From Bryobacterales bacterium (GTDB taxonomy: Bacteria; Acidobacteriota; Terriglobia; Bryobacterales; UBA6623), in the NCBI GenBank assembly GCA_965200705.1, contig OZ241376.1, positions 2,210,813-2,274,812 of the forward strand: a stretch of 64,000 nucleotides of DNA, read 5' to 3'. Positions 16,996-26,360 of the stretch are shown one piece after another; the first letter of the stretch is position 1, and the number at the start of each line of letters is the position of its first letter. The position numbers and the translations under genes were made by a program. Under the pieces are notes generated by a model. It saw only the letters and a list, made by a program, of their open reading frames with translations. It did no database searches and was not told the DNA's origin.

Positions 16996-18159
16996 ATGAT
17001 CGACACCGCGGCTAGAACACTGACGCGACGTAGGTTCCTGCTAGCCGCTGCCACGGCTGCGACGGGGCTTCGCGGGACAACGGCGGCCGCAACCACGCAG
17101 AAGGACGCCGAGGGGTTCTTCACAATCGGGCAGAAGGGGGGCCAGTGGTGGTTCCTTACACCTGATGACCGCCAGCCGTTCTTCTCTCTGGGTCTGAACC
17201 ACATGGACCCCGCCAGCCTGCGGTATCCCGAGAACACGCACATCTGGCGTGAGCAGTACGGCGGCAGTGCCCTGCGCTGGATCCGGGAGTCGGTCGCCCC
17301 GAACCTCGATAGCTGGGGATTCAACACCGTCGGCTGGGTGCAGGAGGTCACTGTTCGCCAGTGGCGTCACTCGCGGCCGTTCACGGTCGACGAATACCGC
17401 GCCTTGGAGATGCCGTTCTGCCACCTGATCCCGTTCACGGAGTCACACCAGTGGGAGAAGCACACGATTCACTTCGACTTCCGCAGCGCCGAATGGGCCG
17501 AATGGGCCGACTACGTCGCGCGGTCGCACTGCGGGGCGCTGCGGAAGGAACGCAACCTTATCGGCTATTTCTACAGCGACTGCCCGACATGGACGCACGA
17601 CCGTCCCCAGAACGAATGGCGCGGACCGATCTTCGATCCGGACCTCCTCGAGACGGCGGCGGGACGTCGCGAACTCACCGAACTGGCCCGCACCTACTAT
17701 CAGACGACGCACGATGCCATCCGGCGCTACGACCCGCACCACCTGCTCCTTGGCGACCGGTACGAGGCGAACGCCCCAATCGCCGAACAAGTCGTCCAGA
17801 CTGCTGTCCCGTTAGTCGACGTCCTGTCGTTCCAGGACTTCCGGGATCCAATCCGGCACCTTGAGCACTGGCACCAGTCCACAGACAAGCCAGTGCTGCT
17901 GGCTGACAGCGCGCGGGTTCGGAGAACGCCCTCGGAAAGCGGATTCGTGCCCAACGACGGCGAGTGGTACCAGGAGATCGTGGACGCCCTGTTCACGCAG
18001 CCGGGCTGCATGGGCGTGCACCTCTGCGGTGCGTACCAGCGCAACAAGGCCCGCCGCAGGGGACTGTTGGACGAGATGGAGAACCCGGACAGCGAGCATG
18101 TCGATCGGATACGCGCGACGAACCAGCGAGTCGCCCAGCAACTCGCTGCCCAGTTCTAA
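16996..18159 (+). CDS. Tat-signal TIM-barrel glycoside-hydrolase-like protein (family not assigned)
   Basis: MIDTAARTLTRRRFLLAAATAA..WGFNTVGW..LIGYFYSDCPTW..LLGDRYE. The in-frame ATG at 16996 gives a proper Tat leader. Confidence 0.7.
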   Translation: MIDTAARTLTRRRFLLAAATAATGLRGTTAAATTQKDAEGFFTIGQKGGQWWFLTPDDRQPFFSLGLNHMDPASLRYPENTHIWREQYGGSALRWIRESVAPNLDSWGFNTVGWVQEVTVRQWRHSRPFTVDEYRALEMPFCHLIPFTESHQWEKHTIHFDFRSAEWAEWADYVARSHCGALRKERNLIGYFYSDCPTWTHDRPQNEWRGPIFDPDLLETAAGRRELTELARTYYQTTHDAIRRYDPHHLLLGDRYEANAPIAEQVVQTAVPLVDVLSFQDFRDPIRHLEHWHQSTDKPVLLADSARVRRTPSESGFVPNDGEWYQEIVDALFTQPGCMGVHLCGAYQRNKARRRGLLDEMENPDSEHVDRIRATNQRVAQQLAAQF

Positions 18160-18203
18160 GCCGTGACCAGCACCCGCGAACGGAACAATCCACGACAGTC
18201 AAG

Positions 18204-19997
18204 CTAGCCCAAGTTCGCCAAGCGAGGAGCGATTTTGGCCGAATTCGGCGTGTTTTGCGCTGCAAGTCGTTGGTTTTCCATGGCCAGCCTCCGGAAACCC
18301 CAAATGCAGTGCCACAACAACTTGCAATTCCCTGACTCCCGTCCCAGGGCCTGCTCCCATCGGAGCCTGTTCGTCCGCCGGACCCCCCACTCGCCCCCGC
18401 GCCAGGGGCCAGGAGCCCCAGTTCACCCACCGCCTCGTCCGCTCCGTCCGTTGCGGCTCCAGGGTGCGCCAGCGCACCCTGCGCAACCTCGGCCGCCACG
18501 TCGCCCTGCCGCGCGGGGACGGGCCGGCGCTGTGAGCCCGCATCGAGCGCATCCTCGCCCCCCAGCGGTCCCTCGAGTTCGGGGACTGCTCCCCCGCGGT
18601 CGAGGACGAGGCCCAGCGCAGCGCCGCCCAGCTGGTGCAGGCCGGCGTCTCCCCCGTGGGCCGGGCGGCCGATCTGCCGCAAGTCGACGTCGACTCCCTG
18701 GAGCTGGTCCGCCCGCGCTCGATCGGCGTCTAGCGCGTCGCCCTGTGGGCCATGCGGCAGCTCCGTCCGCCGCCCCTGCTCGAGGAGCTGGGCCTGTCCG
18801 GTGCGCAGCGCGCCGCCGTCCTTGGCAGCCTCGTCAGCCGCATGGCCGCGCCGGCCTCCGAGCGCGCCGCGTGGCACTGGCTGCGACTGCGAGACCATGG
18901 GCCGGAACGCCCTGCAGCGCGCCAGCGACCGCCTGCTGCGCCACCGCGACACGATCGAGACGCGCCGCCGACCTGTTCGACCTGCAGCCCACCGTCACCC
19001 TGCACGACCTGACCAGCACGTGCTTCGAGGGCGCGGCGGACCGGCGGCCGCTGGCCCGCCGCGGCCATTCCAGGGAGAAGCGCCACGACTGTCCGCTGCT
19101 CACGCTGGGCCTGGTGCTGGACGCCAGCGGCTTCGTGCGCCGCTCCAGGGTCCTGGCCGGCAACGTCGCCGAGGGCGGCACGCTGCAGGCCATGCCGACG
19201 GCCCTGGACGCGCCGCCCGAGGCGGTCGTCGTGCTCGACAGGGGTCTCGCCACGGAGGGGAACGGCGAGACGCGCCTGCGCTGCGCGTCCGCGCAGCGGG
19301 CGGCGCAGGAGCGGGCGATGGCGGGGCAGGCCGGCGTGCGCCTCGAGACGGCTCTGCGGACGCTGCACGCGGGCCTGTCGCGCCAGGGCACGACCAGGCG
19401 CGTGGAGAAGGTCCGGCAGCGCATCGGACGGCTGCAGGCCCGCCATCCGTCCGCCGCCCCGCACGACGCGATCGACGTGCAGGCCGACGCCAGGGGCCGC
19501 AACGCGACGGCGGTGGCCTGGAAGTGGCAGCCGCTGGAGGGCAGCGGGGCGACCCATCCCGGGGTCCACGGCCTGCGCACCAGCAGCGTCGGCTGGGACG
19601 CCGAGCGGCTGTGGCGCACCTGCGTGACGCGGACCGACCTGGAGGATGTCTTCCGCTCCCTCGGGAGCGCACTGGGACCGCGCCCGATCCACCACCGCAG
19701 GCCCGCGCGCAGCGCGGGCCACCTGTGCCTGTCGGTGCTCGCCTGCCAGCTGGTCCCGGTGGTCCAGCAGCGCCTGCGGGCGGGCGGGGCGACGGCCAGC
19801 TGGACGACGCTGCGCCGTCGCCTGGCTGGCCAGCGGCGGGTGACCGCGGTCTTCCGCCGGGCGGGGTCCGCAAGCTGGTCGTCCAGCCCAGAAGACGAAA
19901 GGAAAATGCACGGAATTTAGTGCCACACGCCTGATTCCACGACCGCAATGTGCTCATTGCAAACGACTTATGAAATTGGGTGGCAAACTTGGGCTAG
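18204..19997 (+). mobile_element. IS1634-family (IS4 superfamily) element, copy A; both ends present, transposase gene defective
   Basis: The ends are CTAGCCCAAGTTCGCCA (18204-) and TGGCAAACTTGGGCTAG (-19997). Transposase pieces read ..HDLTSTCFEG..GHSREKRHDCPLLTLGLVLDASGF..VLAGNVAEG..VVLDRGLATEGN..GVHGLRTSS..ERLWRTCVTRTDLEDVFRSLGSALGPRPIHHRR..GHLCLSVLACQLV. They lie in several frames and show internal deletions relative to copy B. Confidence 0.8.
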
Positions 19998-20006
19998 ACT
20001 GGTGCC

Positions 20007-21026
20007 GTGCCACAGGCACTCTCCATGGCGGCTTCAAGGCCTTCCCCGCTGGAAAAGGCGAAGCTGTTCGGCTTGGTGGGCGGGGACCTTCGGCGGGTTG
20101 AGGACTTCATCGAGCTGGAGTCGATCTCGTGCGCCGAAGTCGTCACCGAGATCAGCGCGCACCTGATGGCCAGCGGCGGCAAGCGTCTCCGGCCAGCGCT
20201 CGTACTCTTGTCCGCCCGTGCCTGTGGAGCCGAAGGCAATGCACCCATCCGCATGGCGGCGGTCATGGAGCTGATCCACGTGGCCACGCTTGTCCACGAC
20301 GACGTCATTGACGTCGCCGAGACCCGTCGTGGTCGGCCCTCCGTCAACGTCACCTGGGGCAACCAGGTCAGCGTGCTGGCTGGTGACTGGCTGTACATGC
20401 AGGCGTTCCGCCTAGCGGTGGAGCAACGCAACTTCGCGATCCTCGACATGCTGATCTCCCTGACCCAGCGGATGGTCGAGGGTGAGCTGATGCAGGCCGA
20501 CATGCTGGGTCGGCTGGACGTTACGGAGCAACAGAACGAGGACCTGATCGAGCGCAAGACCGCTTCCCTGCTCGCCGCCTGCAGCCGGCTCGGCGCGATG
20601 CTCGCGGAAAGTGATGCCCGCATCGAAGCGGGCTTGGAGACGTTCGGCTGGAACCTGGGCCTAGCGTTCCAGCTTGTGGACGACGTTCTGGACTTCGAAG
20701 GAACCGAGAGCGTGCTCGGGAAGCCGGTCGGCAACGACCTGCGCGAGGGTAAGGTGACCCTGCCCGTCATCCTCGCCCTGCAGTCCTGCACGCGTACGGA
20801 GCGGATCGCGGTGGAGACAGTGATGCGGGAGGGTGGCTACGAGAGCGTCTCGCTGCGGCAGGTGCAGGAGATCCTGGACCGCTACGGCACTCTCGCGGCT
20901 GTGCGGCAGCGTGCGCTGCTCTACTGCGAGAGGGCGCTGGAGGGCCTCGAGCCGCTGCCCGAGACGCGCTTCAAGCGTGCGCTGGTCACCGCCGCGGAGC
21001 AGTGGGGCGCACAGCGCGCCAACTAG
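20007..21026 (+). CDS. Long-chain polyprenyl diphosphate synthase (IspB/HepT-like)
   Basis: ..GGKRLRPALVLL..ELIHVATLVHDDVIDVAETRRGRPS..AFQLVDDVLDFEG shows both DDxxD motifs. The start is the GTG at 20007 or the ATG at 20025. Confidence 0.9.
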   Translation: MPQALSMAASRPSPLEKAKLFGLVGGDLRRVEDFIELESISCAEVVTEISAHLMASGGKRLRPALVLLSARACGAEGNAPIRMAAVMELIHVATLVHDDVIDVAETRRGRPSVNVTWGNQVSVLAGDWLYMQAFRLAVEQRNFAILDMLISLTQRMVEGELMQADMLGRLDVTEQQNEDLIERKTASLLAACSRLGAMLAESDARIEAGLETFGWNLGLAFQLVDDVLDFEGTESVLGKPVGNDLREGKVTLPVILALQSCTRTERIAVETVMREGGYESVSLRQVQEILDRYGTLAAVRQRALLYCERALEGLEPLPETRFKRALVTAAEQWGAQRAN

Positions 21027-21051
21027 GCCGGCACCAAGGGCCGGCCGTTGC

Positions 21052-22473
21052 CTAGGCCCAGAGCTCGTTGACCGGCGCGTACGCGTCGTCGTCGGCGACC
21101 GGTACGTAGTAGAATCCGCGGTCCAGCGGATCGTCGTACCGAACCGTCGTCCAGTCGATGCCCAGCGCGGAGTAGATCGTGGCCTCGATGTCCTCGGGGC
21201 GGATGTCGCGGTCGCGAGACCAGCCGGGCTCTGTCGTGAACGCTCCAGGGCCCCTGCCTCCCGCGTCATTCGTTGCCCCGATGATGGTTCCGCCCTTTAT
21301 GCCGCCGCCGGCGAGCACATAGAACATCTGGAGGTAGTGGTCCCGCCCCTGGCGGCCCGAGGACAGTCCGCCCGGCGTGCGGCCGAACTCGCCGCAGGCG
21401 ACCACGAGCGTCTCGTCGAGCTTGCCCGACGCGTCCAGATCCTCGATGAGGGCGGCGAAGGCTGGGTCGAATTCCCGAGTCTTGCGGTAGATGCCGTTGC
21501 CAGCCCCGGCCGGCTGGTAGATCGACTGGTGGTGGTCCCACCCGTTTAGGTCGACCTGTATGAAGCGCGTGCCCTGGTCGTGCTCGATGATCTTTCTGGC
21601 GACGAGGACGGAGTTGCCGAAGTTGGTGTTCCCATAGCGCTGGCGCTCCTCTTCCGTGAACTTGAACGCCGTCTCGACGGCGGGGCTGGCCATGAGGCGC
21701 CTCGCCTCGTGGTAGAGCAGAGCCATACCCCGTGGCTCCGCGCCCAGCGGTGACCCGTCCCCGCGGTGGGCGCCGTCCAGCTGCTGCAGGAGATTCCAGC
21801 GCCGCTCGAATGGACCCGAGCCGCTGGGGTGGGTGGCCGCCGCCAGTCCATCCGCATTGGCGACGGTCCGGAACGGCCCGTACTCGACCGGGAAGTAGCC
21901 CCCTCCCGGGATCCTGCCCCCGAACGCGATGAAGGTCGGGAAGCTCTGGCCCTCGATGCGCTCCGGCTCCTTCTCGATCGCCACCACGCTCCCGATGTGG
22001 GGCGCGATGCGGCCAGTGACGGATGTCGGATTGCGGCCGATCTGCATCCACGACTGTGCTAGCGGATGCGCCCGGGCCCACGAAAGACCCGAGCGGACGA
22101 TGGCGATCTTGTCCGTCACACCGGCCGTGTTGGGAAGCAGGCCCGTGGGCAGGGTCAGGTCCCCGAACTTCTCCGGCTTGAAGGCCGCGGGGGTCACGCC
22201 TTGCTGGTCCTTGAAGTCGAAGGTGTCGACGTGGCTCGGCGCGCCACGCAGGAACAGGAAGATAACGTTCTTGGCGGTGCCCTTGGGAGTGACGCTGCCG
22301 AGCGTCTCTGTGGCCCCGCTGACCGCCTTCGGCGCTGCAAGCGCGAAGCCGCCCAGCCCGGTCGCCATGTGCTGGAAGAACAAGCGCCTGGTGTGGTGCG
22401 GCCGCTCGAAGAAGGCCGTGTGATCCGGATTGCGCCGAGCAATCAATCGGTCGAAGCGTTCCCTTTCGGTCAT
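21052..22473 (-). CDS. DUF1501 domain (sulfatase-like) protein
   Basis: ..HHTRRLFFQHMATGLGGFAL..FLRGAPSHVDTFD..GWDHH..GEFGRTP. Confidence 0.9.
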   Translation of the reverse strand: MTERERFDRLIARRNPDHTAFFERPHHTRRLFFQHMATGLGGFALAAPKAVSGATETLGSVTPKGTAKNVIFLFLRGAPSHVDTFDFKDQQGVTPAAFKPEKFGDLTLPTGLLPNTAGVTDKIAIVRSGLSWARAHPLAQSWMQIGRNPTSVTGRIAPHIGSVVAIEKEPERIEGQSFPTFIAFGGRIPGGGYFPVEYGPFRTVANADGLAAATHPSGSGPFERRWNLLQQLDGAHRGDGSPLGAEPRGMALLYHEARRLMASPAVETAFKFTEEERQRYGNTNFGNSVLVARKIIEHDQGTRFIQVDLNGWDHHQSIYQPAGAGNGIYRKTREFDPAFAALIEDLDASGKLDETLVVACGEFGRTPGGLSSGRQGRDHYLQMFYVLAGGGIKGGTIIGATNDAGGRGPGAFTTEPGWSRDRDIRPEDIEATIYSALGIDWTTVRYDDPLDRGFYYVPVADDDAYAPVNELWA

Positions 22474-22492
22474 CTGTGCCTCCAGCCTGTGC

Positions 22493-24574
22493 CTAGTAGT
22501 TGTACATGAAGTCGATCTTGTTCAGGATCGCCCAGAAGAGGTCCCTGGACCGCGCATTGCGGTCGCCCGAGGACAGGTGCTCGACCCCAATCGAGAGCTC
22601 GTCCGCGGACGGCCGCCGCCCCAGGGCGCTCAGGAAGAGGTACGTGACAAGACCCTGGTCGTTCTCGCTCCGTGCCTCGGCCAGCGTCCCGGTGTCCGAC
22701 TCATTGGGATAGGAGCTGAGCAGGTACCGGTTGTTCATCAGGGCCAGCGCCTGAAGCTGGCCGGGAGCTGCACTGCGGGGGGTTCCCTCTCGATCGCCAG
22801 GCGTGAACGCCTGCAGCAGCGTACGAATGACCGCCCCTCCCCTGCCCCCGGGCATGTCGCGCACGTCGGGAAACTGCATGGCGAAGCCCAGTTGGCGTAT
22901 CGTCGGCGAGACGTAGTAGCGCGGGCCCCTCCCCGTGGCCAGCATCACAGCGTCGAGCATCTGCTCGGCGGAGAGCCGCTTGACCTGATGTCGCACGAAG
23001 TATCGGTCGTAGAGCGGGTTGAAGGCGCCGTCGTAGCGCGACGACAGCTGATAGGTCCGCGATGTCGTGATCTCGCGCATCAACCACTTGAGGTCGAAGC
23101 CGCTGTCGCGGAACCCTTCGGCAAGCCAATTGAGGAGGTAGGGGTGGGAGGGCTGGATCTCCCAACCAGTCGGCGGCGGTGACGCAGGATCAATCAGCGA
23201 AAGGTCGAACTGGTCGGCCGGTTCAACGATGCCGCGCGAGAAGAAGGCCTTCCAGATGTAGTTCACGGCGGCGCGGGCAAACTGCGGATCGGCCGTCAGG
23301 TGCATTCCGACCTGCTGCCGCAGCCGCAGCCCCGCTGGCACGATGGCGTTTTGCGCGAAGGGATAGTTCGCCCCTGCGGTCTCCTGGGAGTGCAGCCGGT
23401 CAGGACGGTTCCCGCCTTTCGTCTGTGCGAGGTACACGCCCGCCGTGTCGCCGTTGCCAGCACGCTGCGTCCGGTCTTGCGCGAGATCCCGGAGGATGTA
23501 GTACTGGGGATTGACTCTGTTACCGTTCTTGGGATTCACGGGCCGCTGGCGACCGGGCACCCGCCAGGTCTGGTAGCGCGGTACGGAGGCGAAGAACGCC
23601 GCCAGCCCCCAAGCTTCCTGACGCTTCGCCGCGGCTCCCCAAACGCTGAGGTCGTCCAGATGGCCGGCACCGTCGTGGCAAAGGATGCAGTCCAGCGACG
23701 AGATGCCCAGAAAGTCGCGCGCCGTGATGAACGCAAGCGTGTCGTAGGTGTCCTGGATCGGCCCGCCAGTGGTCCGGCCGCCCACCACGTACGCAGCCGC
23801 CGACGGCTTGACCGGGTTCGTCTGGTAGTTCCTGACGACGCTCAGGTACTGCTCGTAGCTTGTGTAGCCACTCGGATAGGTGCGGCCGTCGCTCACCCCC
23901 TGCGCGGTGAGCATCTCGACCGCCATTTGGTCGTAAGGCTTGTTGGACCGCATCGACTCCAGCAAAAACAGGTGGAAGGAGTCGCGCGTGTCGCGATAGC
24001 GGTTGACCTGGGCCGTGACGCGCGTGTTGCGGAACAGGTCGCCGAAGAACATCGCCCACCGATCCGCCCACTCGTCACTGGCGAGAAGCCTGTCGACTAG
24101 CACCTCGCGCTTGTTCGCGGAATCGTCGGCCAGAAACGCGAGGACCTCGTCCCGGGTCGGTATGCGTCCAGTGAGGTCCAGCCGGACGCGGCGCAGGAAC
24201 TCCTGGTCGGTCGTCGGGAAGGTCAGGGGCACGCCGGCGGCACCAGCGACGGCCTCGATGCACCCGTCAATGCCTTGGCACGGGGAGAACGTCGCATTGC
24301 GTGGAACCGGTCCCGTGGACGCCGACACCTGCGCCTGCACAATGGACCGCGGCCGCGGCAGCAGACCCATGACCTTCTGGGTCTCGCGCGCCCGGCTCTG
24401 CATGACCGAGTACTCCTCCGCACTGGTGCGGTACGAAACCAAGCCAGTGTCGGAACCGACGTACGTGCAGCCCCCGTGGCTGGGGAACGCCCCACCATCA
24501 GCGAAAGCCACACCTGACAGGCTCAGTGCAAGTAGAACGCCGAATAGCAAGCGAGCAGTCTTCACAATTTGCAC
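22493..24574 (-). CDS. DUF1549/DUF1553 domain protein
   Basis: A signal peptide is followed by ..RRVRLDLTGRIPTRDEVLAFL..DRLLASDEWADRWAMFFGDLF.. and CILCHDG... It sits directly upstream of the DUF1501 gene, the usual pairing. Confidence 0.9.
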   Translation of the reverse strand: MQIVKTARLLFGVLLALSLSGVAFADGGAFPSHGGCTYVGSDTGLVSYRTSAEEYSVMQSRARETQKVMGLLPRPRSIVQAQVSASTGPVPRNATFSPCQGIDGCIEAVAGAAGVPLTFPTTDQEFLRRVRLDLTGRIPTRDEVLAFLADDSANKREVLVDRLLASDEWADRWAMFFGDLFRNTRVTAQVNRYRDTRDSFHLFLLESMRSNKPYDQMAVEMLTAQGVSDGRTYPSGYTSYEQYLSVVRNYQTNPVKPSAAAYVVGGRTTGGPIQDTYDTLAFITARDFLGISSLDCILCHDGAGHLDDLSVWGAAAKRQEAWGLAAFFASVPRYQTWRVPGRQRPVNPKNGNRVNPQYYILRDLAQDRTQRAGNGDTAGVYLAQTKGGNRPDRLHSQETAGANYPFAQNAIVPAGLRLRQQVGMHLTADPQFARAAVNYIWKAFFSRGIVEPADQFDLSLIDPASPPPTGWEIQPSHPYLLNWLAEGFRDSGFDLKWLMREITTSRTYQLSSRYDGAFNPLYDRYFVRHQVKRLSAEQMLDAVMLATGRGPRYYVSPTIRQLGFAMQFPDVRDMPGGRGGAVIRTLLQAFTPGDREGTPRSAAPGQLQALALMNNRYLLSSYPNESDTGTLAEARSENDQGLVTYLFLSALGRRPSADELSIGVEHLSSGDRNARSRDLFWAILNKIDFMYNY

Positions 24575-24726
24575 CTTTTCCCTAGCTCAGTCCTCAGGAC
24601 CCTGTGCAGCATCCTCAGGATCCCATCCACCCGATCCTGATCCTAGCATCCACGACAGGATTCCACAGGGGATGGACCGTCCGTTGAGTCCCGGCCACCG
24701 CATTTTTTGACGGCTATTTTTCATTT

Positions 24727-25568
24727 GGATCAATTTGTTGAATATATGTATTTTGATCGTTACATAATTTAATTGATTTACAATGAGGGACTTGGAGTCC
24801 ATGACCAACGAGGAGTTCCAGCGCTGGCCGGCCGGGGTAGAGCAGCTGACGACGGCCCAGCAGGAGCGGCTGCAGCAGGTCGCCCAGGAGCAGGGGGACG
24901 AAGCGGCCGCCCTGGCCGCGATCGAGCTGGGCATCGACGAGAGACGGCGCTGCCCGCGCTGGCGGGCCTACGGGCGGGCGCGGGTGGCCCGCGAGTCGGT
25001 CCGCGAGGCGGCCGGCCGCTGCGGGGTGGCGCTGGCGGCACCGCTGCGGGGCGCAGGCGGGAGAGCCGGGCGGGCCGCTGGCCGGGCTGGTGGAGGCCGA
25101 CGAGACGTGTTGCCGGCACAGCCGCAAGAGGGAGCGGTGCCTGTCGCGGGAGCCGGTGCCGGCGCGGGGGGCCACGGCCCGCGGGGGCGGGACGGCGGGC
25201 GCGGTGCTGGAGACGGCCAGCCAGGCGAACCTGCAGGCGGCGCGGAAGCCGCTGCGGGCGCCCGACGCCGTGCTGGTGACGGACGCCGGGACAGGCTGCC
25301 CGGGCTGCGCGCGCAGCCTGGGGGTCCAGCACGAGGCCGTCCACCGGGCGGCCGGACAGCGCCTGCGCGGCAGCCACCCCATCCAGACGGTCAACCAGCG
25401 CCACCGCCAGCTGCAGCAGTTCCTGCTGCCCTTCCACGGCGTGGCGACCAAGTGCCTCGGCGACCATCTGCGCTGGCATCAGGAGATCGTCTGGCCAGCC
25501 AGCCCTCCCCGCGGGCCTGCCTGCCCGCCTCCCTGGCACCCCAATGCACACGTTTCGCGAATTGAGCC
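24727..25568 (+). mobile_element. IS1595-family element, copy 2; diverged left end, transposase gene defective
   Basis: The right end cacacgtttcgcgaattgagcc (-25568) matches copy 1. The left 64 bp are colinear with copy 1 but much more AT-rich (ggatcaatttgttgaatat..). The body reads MTNEEFQRW..CPR..SVREAAGRCGVAL..LVEADETCCRHSRKRER..VLVTDAG..HPIQTVNQRHRQLQQFLLPFHGVATKCLGDHLRW, with deletions and frameshifts. The left boundary is approximate. Confidence 0.7.
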
Positions 25569-25668
25569 TTGCGTTCCGTGTCGGCTTCGGAACGTTTCCT
25601 TCGGTGCGCCGCCAACACCCTGACAGGCGCAGGCAGGGTACGAAGTTGGCAGTATAGTAACGGGCAGT

Positions 25669-26289
25669 ATGGGTTCCGTGTGGGCCCGACAGGACAGGCG
25701 CCTGAGGCTCGTTTCCGTGAAGGCAGGTCGAATCGCACCCGGGCTTGCCGTCGCGGGGATCCTAGTGGCGGTCGGGTCGACCACACTGGCGGGCCAGGCA
25801 CCCCAGATCGACCCGCGCAGCGTGGCCCCCTACGTGCCCACGCCGTGGGACGTGGTGGACCGGATGCTGCAGGTCGTGGAAGTCTCCTCCGAGGATGTCG
25901 TGTACGATCTCGGCTCCGGCGACGGACGCATACCGCTGCGGTCCGCCAAGCAGTTCGGCGCCAGGAGCGTGGGCTTCGAGATCAACGCCGACCTAGTCCA
26001 GGAAGCAAGGCTTGCGATCGCCGCAGCAGGGGTCCAGGACCGGGCCAAGATCGTCGAGCAGGACATCTACGAGGCCGACTTGTCGCCAGCGACAGTGGTG
26101 ACGATCTTCCTCACCACCTCCGCCCAGCGCCGGCTTCGTCCAAAGCTTGAGCGGGAGCTCCGGCCCGGATCGCGGATCGCGTGCTACAAGTGGGAGATCC
26201 CGGGATGGAACCCGGTGAACACGGTGACCGTCCAGGTCATGGGTGCAGGCCACCCGATCTACGTCTACCAGGTCGGGCAGCAGCGCTGA
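25669..26289 (+). CDS. Class I SAM-dependent methyltransferase with an N-terminal signal/TM segment
   Basis: ..VVYDLGSGDGRIPLRSAK..VGFEIN..EQDIYEADL.. shows SAM-binding motif I and post-I. Confidence 0.8.
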   Translation: MGSVWARQDRRLRLVSVKAGRIAPGLAVAGILVAVGSTTLAGQAPQIDPRSVAPYVPTPWDVVDRMLQVVEVSSEDVVYDLGSGDGRIPLRSAKQFGARSVGFEINADLVQEARLAIAAAGVQDRAKIVEQDIYEADLSPATVVTIFLTTSAQRRLRPKLERELRPGSRIACYKWEIPGWNPVNTVTVQVMGAGHPIYVYQVGQQR

Positions 26290-26360
26290 GCCCCGGCCCG
26301 GGCCGTGAGGTCCAATCCGGACGGACACTGCACTGAGTGTTATAGAGAGACTACGCAACC

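Noticed and set aside
18235-19957. Several overlapping 285-561-aa ORFs on both strands as an intact transposase or other genes (likewise 53533..55418)
   Set aside because: Recognisable IS1634-type motifs jump between frames and whole conserved blocks are missing. The remaining ORFs are Ala/Arg/Pro/Gly strings generated by about 75% GC.
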